Shown in pieces: positions 27,657-36,226 of a DNA stretch of 50,359 nucleotides. The stretch spans positions 1 to 50,359 of the forward strand of contig CAZKPR010000005.1 in the NCBI GenBank assembly GCA_964554685.1, written 5' to 3'. The notes under the pieces were generated by a model. The model searched no databases. It was not told where the DNA came from and worked only from the letters and a program-made list of their open reading frames with translations. The number at the start of each line of letters is the position of its first letter. The first letter of the stretch is position 1. A program made the translations under genes and the position numbers. The stretch is from an uncultured Leptospirales bacterium. GTDB taxonomy: Bacteria; Spirochaetota; UBA4802; UBA5550.

Positions 27657-28397
27657 ATGGGAGCGGGACTCCCCGTAATAGAACTCGATACCGTCGATTC
27701 AACGAACAGCTATATCAGGGCGCACCCCGAACTGTGGACACGCCCCTTCTGTGTCGTTGTCGCCCGGGAGCAGACCGCGGGACGGGGGCGCCATGGACGA
27801 CGATGGCATTCGGAGCCGGGTCTTGACCTGACCTTCTCGCTTCTCTTTGTGCCTCCTTCACCCCCATCGGAGCTCAACGGCGTGACCCTCCTGGCGGGCC
27901 TCGCCGCCTACCGCGCCCTTCTTCCCCGGCTGGATGACGGCCTCAGGCTCAAGTGGCCGAATGACCTTCTTCACAACGGCAAAAAGATCGGCGGCATCCT
28001 CTGTGAACTCTTCGACGCGGGAAAACGCCCAGGCGTGATTATCGGCATCGGCATCAACGTCAACAGCACCTGCTTCCCGGGGGATCTGGAGGGCGCCGCA
28101 TCCTTGAGACTCATAACAGGAAGGAGCCACGACACCGGGGAGCTTCTCGGCGATATCCTGGGGACGCTGGCCGCGCTTCTCAAGGGCTTCAACCCGCCCC
28201 TTGATAAGGACCTCCTCCGGGAATGGGAGGAGGCGTCATCCTCGATCGGCGCAAGGGTTCATTATCGCCGCCCGGGCGGAATGGGAAGCGGAGTTATTAG
28301 CGGCGTCGATTCCCGGGGATTTCTTCTCATCCGGAATGATGACGACGCGAAAATCGTGCCACATGCCGGGGAGGTTCTTTTCGAAGACGACAGATAA
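27657..28397 (+). CDS. birA: biotin--[acetyl-CoA-carboxylase] ligase, group I (no HTH domain)
   Basis: ATG at 27657, 4 nt after the RND stop. LDTVDSTNSY, biotin-binding GRGRHGRRWHS, KWPNDLL..GKKIGGIL. Confidence 0.85.
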   Translation: MGAGLPVIELDTVDSTNSYIRAHPELWTRPFCVVVAREQTAGRGRHGRRWHSEPGLDLTFSLLFVPPSPPSELNGVTLLAGLAAYRALLPRLDDGLRLKWPNDLLHNGKKIGGILCELFDAGKRPGVIIGIGINVNSTCFPGDLEGAASLRLITGRSHDTGELLGDILGTLAALLKGFNPPLDKDLLREWEEASSSIGARVHYRRPGGMGSGVISGVDSRGFLLIRNDDDAKIVPHAGEVLFEDDR

Positions 28398-28421
28398 ACC
28401 CCCTTCCGTTAATCTAACCCA

Positions 28422-28500
28422 ACACTGTCGACATGGAGGAAGGCGGATACACTGTCGTATCAATTAATCCTTGCCACGGAAGACCCCCGGTGCATACTGT
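28422..28500 (+). promoter_or_regulatory. repeat elements and candidate promoter in the leader of the giant carboxylase gene
   Basis: ACACTGTCG occurs twice (28422-28430 and 28449-28457). The first overlaps palindrome TGTCGACA. The second is embedded in GATAC-ACTGTC-GTATC (28446-28461). It is followed by TTGCCA (28471-28476), an 18-nt spacer and TACTGT (28495-28500). Confidence 0.25.
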
Positions 28501-28635
28501 TCTTTTCCACCCCCGTACACCACCGGAACCCCGCGGGGCGCCCCGGGGGATTTCATAGAATGCGAGGGAGATTGAAGCCAGGGCCCGGGGGATGATGGAG
28601 GACGGGCGGCCCTGCGTGAAATCGTCGCGTCCAGG

Positions 28636-31600
28636 ATGAAACAGTACAGCTTGAGTGAAGAAATCAACTCCGCCCTGGAGGGGCTCAAGGCCCTTAATCC
28701 CGATATTGCCGGAAGCCGCGGGTCGGACCGGGATTCCGAAACTGGTTCCCGGGCACACCGCCTCCAGAAAGTCCTGGTGGCAAACAGGGGCGAGATCGCC
28801 AAGCGTTTCTTCCTCGCCCTTCACGAGGAAGGCATCCCCTCCGTCGCGTCCGTCGCCGACCCGGACCGCGGGCAGTCCTGGTATGAGTTCGCCGACGAGG
28901 TGATCTTCATCGGCGACCCCTACCACTACGCGAGCATTCCCGTCGTCATCGCCGCCGCCCTCCTTTCGGGGGCCAATGCCGTGTATTCCGGCTATGGCTT
29001 CCTCTCTGAAAACGCCGGGTTCGTCAGGGCGATCGATTCCCTCCGGGACTCAGGGGAAGACATCATCTTCATGGGTCCCGATTATGAAACCATGCGCAGG
29101 GTGGGCAGCAAGATCGAGGCGCGCCGCCTCGCCCGCGACAACGGGATACCGGTTCTCGACAGCACCGGGGCACTTTCCGCCGACGATCCCCCGGCCGTCG
29201 CCCGGGAGGGAGCCCGGCTCGGTTATCCCCTGTACCTCAAGCTCTCTTCGGGCGCGGGGGGACGGGGCATCTACAGGGCCGAGGACGAGGCGGCCCTCAT
29301 CACCGCCGCGGGAGAAGCGGCCCGCCTTGGCCGGGAGCTCTACGGCGACTCCAGCTGTTACCTGGAGCGCCTCATCCGGGACCCGGTCCATTTCGAAGCG
29401 CAGATATTCAACGGCCGCGCCATCGGCATACGGAAATGCGCCGTTCAGAGAAGGAACCAGAAAATCATAGAGGAGAGCGGGCACTGCTTCCTCGATGACA
29501 CCGTCGCCAGGGACCTCCTCGGCGCCGCGGAAAAGATGGCGGTGCTTTCCGGCTACGACCATTCCGGCGGCGCCGGGACCGTGGAATTTCTGCTTGATTC
29601 GGAGACCGGCCGATTCGGCTTCATGGAGATGAACTCCCGCCTCCAGGTGGAGTACGCCGTGACGGACCAGTCTCTCGGGATCGACCTTGCGAAATGGCAG
29701 ATCCTTTTCTTCGACGGCCGCGAATCGGAGATTCCCTGGCCCGGCGGCGAGGAACCACCGGCATCCCATTCCATCGAATGCCGCATCTACGCCGAGGAGC
29801 CGGAAAACGACTACCTCCCCTCGCCGGGGAAAATCATCGAGCTCGATCTTCCCACGTTCAACGGCATCAGGTGCGATTTCGGCTTCATGGAGGGCGATAC
29901 CGTTCTTCCCATGTACGACCCCATGATTGGGAAGCTGATCGCCCACGGCGCCACCCGGCGGGAAACCATCATACGGCTCGAGCGGGCGCTCCAGGAGCTC
30001 TACATAGGAGGCGTCAAGACCAATATCGGCCAGCTTCTCCGGATCGTGCGCCACCACGCCTTCATTCGCGGCGACTACACCAACACCATACTCGGCATGT
30101 ACCCCGAGCTCGCCAGTGCCAGGACGGCCCTTTCCCCGGGGGCGTCCGAGGACAGGCGCGCGATGAAGCAGACCATCTTCGGCGCCTTCACGGAGCATCT
30201 CCGCCACCTGCGGCACTCCGTCGGAGAATTCATCGTCATAGCCGGCCTGGGAAGCGTCCTTGACCCCAACGCCGACCCCGGCGCTCCCTCCCGCTACACC
30301 GTGGAGCACGAGGGCCGGCGCGTGACCGTTGATTTCCTACAAACCGCCATCGACACCTTTCACGCCTTTGTTAACGGCCTTTACAACGGGAAGATACTCC
30401 TGACGTCCATGAACGACCGTTGCGACGATTTCCTCATCGTCTTCGGATCGAGTTCGTACCGCCTGCGGGCGAACCGCCATCCAGGATTCATCGAGCTGAG
30501 GATGAAGGACGACTTCAACAAGATCAACTATTACCGTGTCGCCGTCGCCACCGAGGGCTCGCCTGAGGAAACGACGGCCCGGAAAGTCTGCTCCCCCTTC
30601 CAGGGAACCTTCGTGTCATTCAGCCGGGACCTCGGGGCCGGCGACACCGTGCGGGAAGGAGAGCCCCTCATGGTGCTTTCCTCCATGAAAATGGAGACGG
30701 TCATCACCGCCCCCGCGGGGGGCAGGATCATCTCGCTGATCGAGGACGGCGACACGGAGAGGCTGCATCTCACGCGCACGGCGGGGGGACGCGTAATGGG
30801 AAGAAGCGTCAACGAGGGCGAGGTGCTCGCCGTGATCGAAACGGCGGATATTCCTTCCGAAACTGACGAGGCGCCGCACCACCCGGAGTCAACGGTGCCA
30901 CCCGCACCGCCAGCCTCGGTTCTTGATCACCTGTTCCGCGATGACTTTTCCGACGCGGTTCTGGAAGACCCGGCGGGTCGCATCAAAACCGCCCTGGAGG
31001 TGCTCCACGCCGCCACTCTCGGATTTGTCCAGCGGTCATCGATACTGGAATCTCTGAAAAAGACGGTGCGGCGGATTCCCCCCGGTATCGACGGGAACCT
31101 CATCTCCGACGAGGTCATCGACCTCATGAATTCCATCATACTCTTTCATACCGGCATCAAGAAGCTCTTTTCTCCCGTGATCACCGAAGAGGGCCTCTCC
31201 TTCCTGGAGGAGCTGGACCACCACATAGCCGGGGGAGGGAAGGCCAGGAGCCAGGCCTCCCGGCCCTTCGAGCGGCTCCTGAGGCGCGTCGTCGACGCCT
31301 ATGGCATCTCCCGCTGGGAAGAGCGCTCGGAGATGAGCGAGCTCGCGCACAATTACGTATTTCTTCTCCTGGGCCGCGCCTACCGGTTCAGCCTGGACCA
31401 GACGGACCTGATCAAGAAGATCGTGGAGATCATCTCCGCCATCAGGCGACCCGAAAAAAACACGCTGGTCACCCTCGCCGGCCTTATGGAGCAGGAACAG
31501 GCCGAGCGTGACGATTCTCTGCTTAAATTCATCAAGCGGATCCTCGCCGCTCAGTTCGATGACGCCGACCTTGCCGCCTTCAGGGAACGGGAGCTCTCAC

Positions 31601-34488
31601 CGTCGGTTAAAAATCTCTACGTATCATTCCGCGAGCGCTTCACCGAGGGAATCGCCTCGCTCTGCGCCGCCTCGCTCTCGGCTCCCGCCGCGGGAAAGGA
31701 CGTGGATTCCCTCCTCCCTCCCGGCGTGCGCGGGGATATCACCCGCCGCCTCGCCGTACTCGGCCGATCATGTTCGGCGCGTCGGCTCTATTCCCCCATG
31801 GAGAACGTATGGCCCTATCTTCTGGACTCCACGACGGAATCACCGAAGCGGAGTTTCATGTTATTCACCCGCGCGGCGACGACTCCCGCGGGTGCGGGAA
31901 TCGCCGGGGCCCTCGCCGAAGCCCTCCAGGTGGCGGCACTGTACCGCCAGGTTGAGCCGGGCGATGACTGCTGGATTGAAGTCTTTGCCGAGGACGCCAC
32001 CCTTTCGTGGGTCGATGAAGCCGGCGACGGTTTCCTGCCGTACAGGGAATTCAGGAGCATCTGCGAATCGTCACTGCCGGCCAGAAAAAACGGCGGCATT
32101 CTCAGGTTCATAATCAACATCGGCGTCCGCTTCCCGTTTTCCGGGGAGACCCGCCGGAGAAGCGTCCTTGCCTGCCGGCACAACGATTTCCTCTCGATTG
32201 AATTCCTCCTCGCCATGGACCGGACGAACCCCTACCACGATCCAGGGGAAATGACGATCCCGAACCAGCGCCTCATCGACCTCGGCAAGTGGCCGATCGA
32301 GGCGTGGGCTGAATCATGCTTCGATCCCGGCACGATGCGCGAAATCCGTATACCCTCGATCGACGAGACGAACGAGGCGACGCCCGGAGACCTGCGTATC
32401 ATAAGCCGCCCTCCGGGGGCGAAGATTTACCAGGGGCTCGTCGGAGGACTCCCGGCCTGCTTCTACATGAAGGATTCCCGGGTCAGCGGCGGCTCCACGG
32501 GAAGCAGGGAAGGTCTCAAGTACGTCGCCGCGGCCTACCTGGCCTACATGAACGACTGTCCGCTCTATGTCTGGAACGACAGCGCCGGGGCCAACATTAT
32601 GGAGGGCGTGATATCCCTCAACAGGGGCGCCCAGGGATTCATGATCAACGCCCTTCTCACGGAGAGGGCGCGTGACGAACGCGTGCGGAGCTACATCGAA
32701 CATGCCGCCGATCCCGATCTTAAAAAAATCACGGGGGACATCGACCGGGAATACGGTTTCGGCGACGGAACGCCGCGGGAGCGAAGGTCATTCCAGCTCA
32801 CCGCGATCGGCATCGGCTCTTCGGCCGGTCTGGACGTGTACGGTTCGAGCCAGGCCTCGATACAGATACTCCTCGATTCAGAGGAATCGTACCGCGTTCT
32901 CACGGGCTCGAAGGTGGTCCACACCGTCATAGGCGAAGAGATCACCAACTATGACATCGGCGGAGCCAAGATCCTCGGCACCTGGACCGGCATCGTCGAC
33001 GTGGTCGCCGCGGACAAGCTGCACCTCATTGCATGCATCCACCTGGCCCAGGGTATTTTCACGTCCCGGGATGAACTCCCGGGAATCGCCCGTTCCGGCG
33101 CGTCCCCGGGGCCCCACGTGGTCGCCGATCCGATCGCCCTCAACGAATCGATGATACGGGCACACGTCGACTGCGGGGTGTTCTGGCCCTTCAAGGAGAA
33201 CTACTACGCCGCGGAATCGCTCATCGGCGGCTTCGCCCTTATCGGAGGACGGCGCGCCCTCATCATGGGTCCCCGGACCCACGGGGGCCTCCGCTCCCTC
33301 GCCACGGTGATCAAGGCCAGGGAACTTCTCAGGACGGCCCACCGGACCGGTTCCCACCGCGTGCTCGTTTTCGGGGCGCGGTGGCAGCAGACGCCCGCCA
33401 TCCATGAACAGATGCAGATGAGGCCGCGGATAGATTTCATGAACTCCATGATGCGATCCCGGGGCCTGCAGATTCACATCATCACCCATCCCGGGGGCCT
33501 GAGGTGTTTTGAACTGAACTGCGCCGCCGATTCGCTCATCTACGTGAGGAGCGGGAAGGAAAGCGCCCCCGACTGGACCTTCGCCCAGAAGAACGCGGGC
33601 TTCATCGTCGACTCCCTCGGCGCGGCCTTCGACCTGGCCCACCGCCTGATCGCCATGATCGACCCCGCCGCGGGAACGAACGATTTCATCTTGCCGCGGG
33701 GCGAACCCGCCATCCCTCGCGACGCCGCCGAGCCGTACGATATAGTAGAATCGGTGATCCTCCACGCTTTCGACGAGGGTTCCTTTCTCGAGTTCCACCG
33801 CGACATGAACAACCCCATCACGGGGCCGCACCTGATCACGGGACTCGCGGGACTTGAAGGCCGCACCGTCGGCGTCATCGCGGACCAGCCCCTCCTGAAG
33901 GGAGGAGGCGCGGACGCCTTCGGCACGGAGAAGTTCCGCGTGTTCACCGAGTTCCTCTCGGGCCACGGGATACCCCTGGTCATGCTTTCGAACTCCTCGG
34001 GATTCGTCCCGGGATCCCAGCAGGAGCGCCACCGGATCCAGGCCATCGGCGCGGAGTCCCTTGACGCCAACATCCTCGGCACCATTCCCGTGGTGAGCGT
34101 GGTCCTCAACCAGAATTACGGCGGCCGGCTCATCCACGCCTACAACCGGTTCCTCCGCCCCGGCATCGTCTACCTCGCCCTGGAGAAGGCGATCATGGCC
34201 GTTATCGGCGTCAGCGCGGCCTTTGATCTCCTGTACGGAAAACGGTACGCGCGCCTTCTTGAAAAAGGGGACGTGGAATCGGCCGAAGAGCTGAAACGGG
34301 AATTTTCGGAAAGCTACATCGAAAAGGCCAGGGCGGAGAATGACGGCGTTGCATCAGGCCTTGTGGACTGGACGATACCCGTCGTGGCGGAGCTCAGGAC
34401 GCACCTGATACGCGGGATGAAACTGGCGTTCGAGCGATGCCGGGCGGCCTTTGGGGACGAAGATACTTCCGGGAAAGGAACGACTTAA
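28636..34488 (+). CDS. single-chain multidomain biotin-dependent acyl-CoA carboxylase (BC - BCCP - long linker - carboxyltransferase)
   Basis: 1950 aa with no stop or frame break. Biotin carboxylase ATP-grasp: KVLVANRGEIAKRFF, GYPLYLKLSSGAGGRGI, FMEMNSRLQVEYAVTD. Biotinyl domain EGEPLMVLSSMKMETVITAP (Lys codon at 30688-30690). About 450 aa without motifs I recognise. Two-lobed carboxyltransferase: GGSTGSREGLKYV...NDSAGANIMEG; TVGVIADQPLLKGGGADAFGTEK...SGFVPGSQQE. Confidence 0.85.
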   Translation: MKQYSLSEEINSALEGLKALNPDIAGSRGSDRDSETGSRAHRLQKVLVANRGEIAKRFFLALHEEGIPSVASVADPDRGQSWYEFADEVIFIGDPYHYASIPVVIAAALLSGANAVYSGYGFLSENAGFVRAIDSLRDSGEDIIFMGPDYETMRRVGSKIEARRLARDNGIPVLDSTGALSADDPPAVAREGARLGYPLYLKLSSGAGGRGIYRAEDEAALITAAGEAARLGRELYGDSSCYLERLIRDPVHFEAQIFNGRAIGIRKCAVQRRNQKIIEESGHCFLDDTVARDLLGAAEKMAVLSGYDHSGGAGTVEFLLDSETGRFGFMEMNSRLQVEYAVTDQSLGIDLAKWQILFFDGRESEIPWPGGEEPPASHSIECRIYAEEPENDYLPSPGKIIELDLPTFNGIRCDFGFMEGDTVLPMYDPMIGKLIAHGATRRETIIRLERALQELYIGGVKTNIGQLLRIVRHHAFIRGDYTNTILGMYPELASARTALSPGASEDRRAMKQTIFGAFTEHLRHLRHSVGEFIVIAGLGSVLDPNADPGAPSRYTVEHEGRRVTVDFLQTAIDTFHAFVNGLYNGKILLTSMNDRCDDFLIVFGSSSYRLRANRHPGFIELRMKDDFNKINYYRVAVATEGSPEETTARKVCSPFQGTFVSFSRDLGAGDTVREGEPLMVLSSMKMETVITAPAGGRIISLIEDGDTERLHLTRTAGGRVMGRSVNEGEVLAVIETADIPSETDEAPHHPESTVPPAPPASVLDHLFRDDFSDAVLEDPAGRIKTALEVLHAATLGFVQRSSILESLKKTVRRIPPGIDGNLISDEVIDLMNSIILFHTGIKKLFSPVITEEGLSFLEELDHHIAGGGKARSQASRPFERLLRRVVDAYGISRWEERSEMSELAHNYVFLLLGRAYRFSLDQTDLIKKIVEIISAIRRPEKNTLVTLAGLMEQEQAERDDSLLKFIKRILAAQFDDADLAAFRERELSPSVKNLYVSFRERFTEGIASLCAASLSAPAAGKDVDSLLPPGVRGDITRRLAVLGRSCSARRLYSPMENVWPYLLDSTTESPKRSFMLFTRAATTPAGAGIAGALAEALQVAALYRQVEPGDDCWIEVFAEDATLSWVDEAGDGFLPYREFRSICESSLPARKNGGILRFIINIGVRFPFSGETRRRSVLACRHNDFLSIEFLLAMDRTNPYHDPGEMTIPNQRLIDLGKWPIEAWAESCFDPGTMREIRIPSIDETNEATPGDLRIISRPPGAKIYQGLVGGLPACFYMKDSRVSGGSTGSREGLKYVAAAYLAYMNDCPLYVWNDSAGANIMEGVISLNRGAQGFMINALLTERARDERVRSYIEHAADPDLKKITGDIDREYGFGDGTPRERRSFQLTAIGIGSSAGLDVYGSSQASIQILLDSEESYRVLTGSKVVHTVIGEEITNYDIGGAKILGTWTGIVDVVAADKLHLIACIHLAQGIFTSRDELPGIARSGASPGPHVVADPIALNESMIRAHVDCGVFWPFKENYYAAESLIGGFALIGGRRALIMGPRTHGGLRSLATVIKARELLRTAHRTGSHRVLVFGARWQQTPAIHEQMQMRPRIDFMNSMMRSRGLQIHIITHPGGLRCFELNCAADSLIYVRSGKESAPDWTFAQKNAGFIVDSLGAAFDLAHRLIAMIDPAAGTNDFILPRGEPAIPRDAAEPYDIVESVILHAFDEGSFLEFHRDMNNPITGPHLITGLAGLEGRTVGVIADQPLLKGGGADAFGTEKFRVFTEFLSGHGIPLVMLSNSSGFVPGSQQERHRIQAIGAESLDANILGTIPVVSVVLNQNYGGRLIHAYNRFLRPGIVYLALEKAIMAVIGVSAAFDLLYGKRYARLLEKGDVESAEELKREFSESYIEKARAENDGVASGLVDWTIPVVAELRTHLIRGMKLAFERCRAAFGDEDTSGKGTT

Positions 34489-34865
34489 GACGCCTCTTCG
34501 TCCCCTTTCCCCGCCAGCTCCTCCATGCGCGCGGAAGAAATACGCTCCCAGTCAGGGTCGATGAACCTCCCGCCCTCGCGAATAAAATGGACTATGTCGA
34601 AGGTTTCCCGGTAATGCTCGAGTCGGGAGCCCCGGTCGGGATTCTGCTCGATGTAGAGCAGCCTGTCCGGATCGAGGCCGAATTCCTCCACGATCTGCCC
34701 GGCGAGGGAGTCGGCGCAGGTGGTCACGCTCGTGCCGGGGTTCTCCTCGTGGAGCTCCGTGACCACGACGACATCGCGATCCCTGCCCCTGATGATCCGC
34801 AGCCCGCACCGCGAGGGCACGTCCCAGTGTCCCCTGAAGGAGTAGATTGTGTCCATGTACTTCAT
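34485..34865 (-). CDS. hypothetical protein, last gene of the minus-strand lipid operon
   Basis: 126 aa. It starts 6 nt after the radical SAM stop. Codon usage is GC3-rich like its neighbours. No family recognised. Its stop shares the tetranucleotide TTAA (34485-34488) with the convergent carboxylase stop. Confidence 0.5.
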   Translation of the reverse strand: MKYMDTIYSFRGHWDVPSRCGLRIIRGRDRDVVVVTELHEENPGTSVTTCADSLAGQIVEEFGLDPDRLLYIEQNPDRGSRLEHYRETFDIVHFIREGGRFIDPDWERISSARMEELAGKGDEEAS

Positions 34866-34871
34866 GGGAAA

Positions 34872-36161
34872 TCAGCTCCCCGACTGGGCCGAAATTTCCG
34901 AGGCGAAGGCTTTCCTCATGAGATCGCGCCGACGGGGACGGTAGGTGCCCATGGCCATCTCGCGGTCTATCGCCTTCTTGAGGAGCCTGAACATCTTGTA
35001 CTGCTGCGGTTCGTCCTGGTAGAATCTCTCCCAGGCGAAATGGTAGAGCTCCTGGAGGCGCTCGGGGCTCATCAGCTTCGGCTGGATTACGACCTTCCCC
35101 GCGTTGTAATCGTCCCAGTCGTGATTGATGATCCTCTTTTCCTTCCTCATGTCGTCGTAGGCCTTGGTGTGCGGGAAGGGGGTGAGGACCGTGAACTCCG
35201 CGAGATCAAGATCGATCTCCAGGAGAAAATCAATGAAGCGCTTGATGTACTCCTCGTCGTGGTTGTCCATGCCGAGGAGGATGGTACCCTCCACGGCGAT
35301 ATCGTGGTCGTGGTAGCGGCGTATCCGCTCCTTTATGTAGTCCGAGGTATCGAACACCGCCTGGTACACGTACCAGGCTCCGGCGCGTCGCGCGAGTTCG
35401 AGCACCTCGGGCTTGTCCTCGATGGTGTGGCTGCACCAGTTCTTCTTGAGGGGCTCCATCTCCCTGAACAGGTCCATCTCCCACTGCGTGTCCTGGGCAA
35501 GGGAGTTGTCCACCACGAAAAGGCGGTTATTCTCCACCAGGGCCATCTCCTCGATGGCCCTGTCGATCGGCCGGGGGCGGAACTTCCGTCCCCCCAGGAA
35601 GGCCACGGCGCAGGGATAGCAGTTGAAGCGGCATCCGCGCGAGGCGTGCACGAGGTCAACCATCTGCACGCCACGGTAATAATAGAGGTCCCGGTTGTAG
35701 ATGCTCCGGCGGGCGGGTCCCACGATCTCTATCGGCGGCGGATCGGCAAGGTAGTTGTAGACCCGCTTGAGCTTTCCCGCCCCGAAATCGCGGAATATCT
35801 CCTCCATCCGTCCCTCCGCCTCTCCCAGGAAAACGGAGTCTGCATGGCCCAGGGTCTCCTCGGCATGGAGCATCGTCGCGATGCCGCCGAAGATGACCTT
35901 CACGCCCCGTCGACGGTACTCATCCGCGATTGCCCACCCGCGCTTGACCTGGGTCGTCAGCATCATGGATATGCCCACGAAATCGACGGGATCATCGTAG
36001 TTGAACTTTTGGAGGTTCTCGTCCACGAACTCAACGTCAACATGGTCGGGTAGTGCCGCCGCCATCACGGCGGGACCGTGGGGCGGCAGGTTGAAGGTCG
36101 TCTGGCCTTCGAGCTTTTCCCAGCGGGGATATATGAGCCTGAATGTTATCTGTCGTGCCAT
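34872..36161 (-). CDS. B12-binding-domain radical SAM enzyme (class B type)
   Basis: N-terminal Rossmann-like B12 domain (DFVGISMMLTTQV...VIFGGIATMLHAEE). Radical SAM cluster motif SRGCRFNCYPCAV. The ATG at 36161 is preferred; an alternative GTG lies at 36221. Confidence 0.8.
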   Translation of the reverse strand: MARQITFRLIYPRWEKLEGQTTFNLPPHGPAVMAAALPDHVDVEFVDENLQKFNYDDPVDFVGISMMLTTQVKRGWAIADEYRRRGVKVIFGGIATMLHAEETLGHADSVFLGEAEGRMEEIFRDFGAGKLKRVYNYLADPPPIEIVGPARRSIYNRDLYYYRGVQMVDLVHASRGCRFNCYPCAVAFLGGRKFRPRPIDRAIEEMALVENNRLFVVDNSLAQDTQWEMDLFREMEPLKKNWCSHTIEDKPEVLELARRAGAWYVYQAVFDTSDYIKERIRRYHDHDIAVEGTILLGMDNHDEEYIKRFIDFLLEIDLDLAEFTVLTPFPHTKAYDDMRKEKRIINHDWDDYNAGKVVIQPKLMSPERLQELYHFAWERFYQDEPQQYKMFRLLKKAIDREMAMGTYRPRRRDLMRKAFASEISAQSGS

Positions 36162-36226
36162 GGGGGTACTCTCTCGCTTCACGGACAGTACTGTCAATAG
36201 TTTTTCGAACGCACGGATCACTCCCC

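Noticed and set aside
28636-34488. The giant carboxylase as an artefact of two or three fused genes
   Set aside because: No in-frame stop, RBS-plus-start junction or frame change is visible between the BC, BCCP and CT parts, and codon bias is uniform. It can only be fully excluded with read-level data.
34485-36161. Radical SAM enzyme plus small adjacent ORF as a RiPP (peptide natural product) locus
   Set aside because: The small ORF is 126 aa, lies downstream rather than upstream, and has no leader/core-like repeat or Cys/Ser/Thr-rich core. The surrounding genes are ACP/KS/KR/DH, which points to lipid chemistry.
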